A stretch of 29,359 nt of DNA from Clostridiales bacterium (lineage in GTDB: Bacteria; Bacillota; Clostridia; TANB77; CAG-508): assembly GCA_013333395.2 (NCBI GenBank), contig JABCOX020000072.1, forward strand, positions 1-29,359, written 5' to 3'. This document shows positions 28,201 to 29,359 of this stretch, piece after piece. Numbering within the stretch: position 1 is the stretch's first letter; every line of letters begins with the position of its first letter. The position numbers and the translations under genes are program-made. The notes beneath the pieces are model-generated. The model was not told where the DNA came from and did no database searches. It saw only the letters and a program-made list of their open reading frames with translations.

Positions 28201-29359
28201 AATCAATTAGAGGTTCAAACATCATAAATACATTCACAGTACCAGATGACAAAATCGAAGTAGCTGTAACAAAAACTTGGTTAGATAGCAATAATACAAA
28301 TAGAAAAAGACCAACAAGCGTTAAATACATAGTATCAGGTAACGGATTAAATAAAGAACAAGTTGTAACAGGAAATAGTACAACAGATGAAAATTGGAAT
28401 TATACATTTACAAACCTTCCAAAATATGACGCACAAGGAAATGAAATCGTATATACAATTGATGAACAAGAAGTAAACCCAAATGATTTTAAATTCTATA
28501 CAAAACAAGTAACAGGATTAAATGTAACAAACACATTTACAGTACCAGATGACAAAATAACAATAAAAATCGTAAAAACTTGGCAAGACAATGAAAATGA
28601 ACATGGAAAAAGACCAACATCAATTAAGTACATCTTAAAAGGTGGAAAAACTGAACAAGAAAAAGAAGTAACTGGAAACAGAACAACAACTGATGGTTGG
28701 GAATATGTTTTTACAGACTTGCCGAAATATAACGAAGTTGGCGACGAATACAGATACAAAATTGAAGAAGAAATAACAGAAAATGCTCATCTATATCAAA
28801 AACAAATTTCATCATCAATTCTTGATGATGAAAGAGTAAAATTCGATGTATTAAACACATTTGAAGTTCCAAACGAAAAAATTGAAGTACCAGTAACAAA
28901 ACATTGGGAAGACAACTCAAATGCAAACGGCAAAAGACCGGCATCAATCAAATATGTATTGAAAGGTGGAGCAGCACCAGTAGAAAAAGAAGTAAGTGGA
29001 AACACAACTACAGATGAAAACTGGGGTTATACATTTACAGACTTACCAAAATATAATCAAGCAGGCGATTTAATAAGATATACGATAGAAGAACAAGAAG
29101 TAAATGCAAATGATTTGAAATTCTATACAAAATCAATTAGAGGATATGATGTAACAAATACATTCTCAGTACCTGATGAAAAAGTTGAAGTACAAGTAAA
29201 TAAAACTTGGGCAGATGACAACAACGCAAACGCTAAGAGACCAACAAGTGTTAAATATGTATTAACAGGAAATGGTCAAACACAGGAAAAAGTAGTAACT
29301 GGAAACACAACTACAGATGAAAACTGGGGTTATAAATTTACAGACTTACCAAAATACAA
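19281..29359 (+). CDS. Giant modular surface protein/adhesin, >3359 aa, 3'-truncated by the window edge
   Basis: ATG 19281 after an AGGAG RBS. N-terminal KMKK plus hydrophobic segment. The same frame reads sensibly wherever checked, up to the last bases (YKFTDLPKY), and the ORF track lists no closed + strand ORF here. Contains SpaA/prealbumin-like repeats (TDENG...YTIEE..APEGY), MucBP-like repeats (~25470-26160) and CnaB repeats. Confidence 0.88.
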   Translation, partial: MLKISSKMKKILTAIISLIALVGIGIATNMVVTNNNIQLNSKAHKAPSIEERRAINGTVNVTFDAYFLNNSERTNEVLLGPIVGPIVRTIPTKDIYMELSVVGDGYLKDGKILLQPTNGKISTTLVTDNVINGTYVGTPGEIKLKNVQSGTTRIIKGVVNPLILGKDYFLRNDNKIIFKGTYVSADGQETPLEKEVRYTVESMYEYVKAYSYNDYRSDREIPKEYYSKDTKPYAYFRIFNRGEQINESYGRTYNNYVAITANTLKDLEYRAIVPEFNGYKAESVEVTVNYKLNNEKVTTTYNKDTRELLIKYKEIGNNQNTIIHVTYPKESGDSKASEEVELIGTLRLSSDNNPRYTNPLEDTVTSIDKRKIEYYERQELRYSPNYIDILKTPTADNPLDRYDGNTTLAKTEEYSVAWSPYSEKITTYEIELTEYKRNYGDTLGAPEIKIKDVVVDKGIKFTINPNSLTENSTIKIYDDETNELIREYNRTEILENNSKDYKYNRPIKHVKIVLNNIKIHNRSDNYFIHYKEINDEELIKLINKEAFEKLGYIKSGLTQKIGTTNVYAEDSNPYRKTSEPTVNIGMYYHNKINEQIAYNGIKQEKDNDFIYNMVMYFTKGTKGIRLVDDSGFFLLKSDRNFENGINASEYMKYKGIYFDSRQNLIDNFNLKIYDNDTNELLATFTKADIGKYNKEETAFIYPEKVKHIRIDSNDNISMSHIINIDNNKLVQNVDLNTYIDEIKYFGIKSKFARIVEEGQEYTKFKDISTTIDAYIQKSRIEAHVDKPVNTYQKQKDITNTIYLRNVAKNNKESYELTFNGWKDSIILIEYPEEIKKVEINKITASDENIKILGYDKFEFEGKQYLKIYIKSNVEYQGKSININENLTADPLAKSKDAPAKIYYYNAYPVERSQYETETADKFDINNNGRTDDIIGLASFQIGIVSPDTLVVTQEITGYNTKNETTYAPGTGIIESNGSGTATVKIQLANYWTPTVSNVKLIGKIPFRNNITPLSKQTLKSTFSTTMTEDGIQLPEELKRFAKVYYSELEDPAMNEASAWKEKAQVTNWNNIKSFYIDLGGKILSPTEKQTITYNVNVPLNTPVNEKTYSTVAASFDLNTERDGNLSSTAESNKVGIQLLKRYNLNISSLVKGRINPIADSVYSVENNEDDEDLAISKTVVIDQSGNAIVKDLRVNEEYTLTEKSIDSNYEERNIKIKFKLVEQNGRLELQVTEGNEYVKEKSEVQPTERTNATANIKFEYLKKYKITINKKSEKTKENLKYVVYKLSGNDDSATQLGSTDENGNLTFSSLKTNVIYTLTETFAPKHYINAPITFRATETNGVPNIELLSGHSESLTISETNEKQNQANISIFDEMVKTYTLKVVKYEKGNLNKKLKNAQFLIKGDGIPNGKVIETDENGEATLTDLYEYKEGQSYKGKYTIEEIVAPEGYKGKYKVDVLVKRDEAQIARVHATTTELDIKNAESDHPTVYFFVPNEPLFKIIKKDAKTQELLPNTKFAIVKVDESGRESEALDINDNPVGTQEEINGKTYRTILTDEKGEYTAGLKAGRYKFIELQASNDKYDLPEKEEDRTYTVNVGEATKAKYVLKENTNISRAIDNRDFYESTGVKVTYVNGQSVTYKITDENGKKYLNVYDKEFNVTKKIELKNMREINQSTEVNIGKDGSIYVYSEKIGTTKFDSEGNFLYRSNDGYFGGIYNNGIRGPSNQFGSFLIDNDNKILAGSDLSEITVYSNKTSEGLLHHYNYTFNGEKRIGKPSFLDGFLELVYGTNNGVVNIYNNDLSIKNTFNVAIRSNGNIRTLSNIAKLYEDTEGNIYVENTDENKIDVYNREGTLLKQINKLGNEFTVLPDGKIYFIDFKHEEKKQINVKLILTENNGKKIYEKDLENIKYDYRENYLGININADGTIDYTKSTNNNIYDERITNRLDLEIETPAQPPKSEIVVENKLKKFKITTSSVGGGTISGVGENPYEEVEIYSDSKKDIVVQAYRGFMISKITINGEEYPIPDQVFNPTRSETIVLDKFTNMTEDKHINVEFTTFAKGPRKVAVRTYHYLKGTTTEVAPTTRKIYLQNESYTTEPKILEKYELEKNEDGEYIIPDNATGTTSEPQASGNYNVIYYYVKKKAKVITKYILEKSDGSTEEIKPKDEQTLEVDSEYRTSGEINNPKYELIRIDGNARGTVESTEDINVTYVYKLKDAKVNVKYLDVTESETGTPLSSRDGTTIEDKVINGQVDEAYRTQEAENVQPNYSLVETPRNASGTMTIDPITVDYKYRKVAPTINDINVTKVGPNKIVSKNQLNTYNITFNVDISNYIGSGKVRLTDKLPYEIHYEDTDELARGLFLDGGIYNNETKEIIWDIPITDINTYKQADDRNEDNVVITQNGNSAHITINKTISIRYKDLPNYNQGEEPKIENSIFGKVILDRNNEREVNSKYNSPANYNTAITVKKKWNDNSNSAEKRPTSITFALYKTINGQETKVKDYTLTGNKTTNDGWETKIEQLPIYDGVTQSREIGLERAGELGNRITYRVEETTNNKFYQSVGTTPSENEFLLTNTFTVPDEKIEVQVNKVWDDNSNANAKRPTSIKYVLNGGKTPVEQVVTGNSTTNDGWGYKFTNLAKYDDLGNEITYTVSEQEATTDGLKFYTNRVSGEYKAGITITNTFTVPDNKVEVIATKHWEDANNANGKRPLSIKYVLNGGRTPIEQVVSGNRTTDADWRYTFTNLPKYDAQGNEISYSVDEQEVNSGDLKFYTKSKLKNRMINTFTVPDEKINVPVTKHWEDGNNANGKRPTSIKYVLTGNGLTKEQVVTGNATSDADWNYTFTNLPKYDAQGNEISYTVEEQEVNANDLKFYAKSKTNYDLTNTFKVPNEKIKVSVTKHWEDNSNANGKRPASVKYVLTGNGLTKEQIVTGNRTTDDNWSYTFTDLPKYNSQGNEIVYTVDEQEANKDGLKFYQKSIRGSNIINTFTVPDDKIEVAVTKTWLDSNNTNRKRPTSVKYIVSGNGLNKEQVVTGNSTTDENWNYTFTNLPKYDAQGNEIVYTIDEQEVNPNDFKFYTKQVTGLNVTNTFTVPDDKITIKIVKTWQDNENEHGKRPTSIKYILKGGKTEQEKEVTGNRTTTDGWEYVFTDLPKYNEVGDEYRYKIEEEITENAHLYQKQISSSILDDERVKFDVLNTFEVPNEKIEVPVTKHWEDNSNANGKRPASIKYVLKGGAAPVEKEVSGNTTTDENWGYTFTDLPKYNQAGDLIRYTIEEQEVNANDLKFYTKSIRGYDVTNTFSVPDEKVEVQVNKTWADDNNANAKRPTSVKYVLTGNGQTQEKVVTGNTTTDENWGYKFTDLPKY
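26670..29359 (+). repeat. At least nine Cna B-type domain repeats (mostly 303-nt period)
   Basis: KxW Trp codons at 26688, 27051, 27369, 27672, 27975, 28278, 28581, 28905 and 29208. Consensus VxKxWxDxxNxxxKRPxSIKYVL...WxYTFTxLPKYDxxGNEIxYTVxEQE...NTF. Confidence 0.92.

Noticed and set aside
18951..29005. Minus-strand ORFs from 18951 onward
   Set aside because: 18951..19214 is the reverse of A-tracts and crosses a terminator. The rest are shadows of the giant + strand gene.

Overview
Low-GC, A-rich chromosomal segment that looks like a Firmicute (Clostridia-like); the lineage is inferred from composition and gene families. Most genes lie on the + strand. The left half holds an AIM24-family gene (partial), a DUF2974 lipase-like gene, an ABC-F ATPase, a convergent HD-GYP gene with an apparent +1 frameshift at CCA-CGG-A, a frameshifted long-chain acyl-CoA synthetase, tRNA-Arg(ACG), and a cluster of Nudix, GT4, YlmH, MscS, RsmB/F and thioredoxin genes. 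It also carries compositionally atypical stand-alone units. The most striking is a tandem array of three ~485-bp cassettes (4022-5443). Each has a sigma-A promoter, a conserved four-segment RNA leader that can form mutually exclusive RBS-hiding or RBS-exposing folds, a paralogous ~105-112 aa protein of unknown family, and its own terminator. The other atypical unit is a degenerate PhoH-like ATPase. The right half encodes two very large surface proteins: a 1470-aa thioester-domain adhesin with five DUF11-like repeats, and a >3359-aa modular adhesin (SpaA-like, propeller-like, MucBP and CnaB repeats) that runs off the window and is absent from the ORF track. All product calls come from motif recognition by eye; no searches were run.
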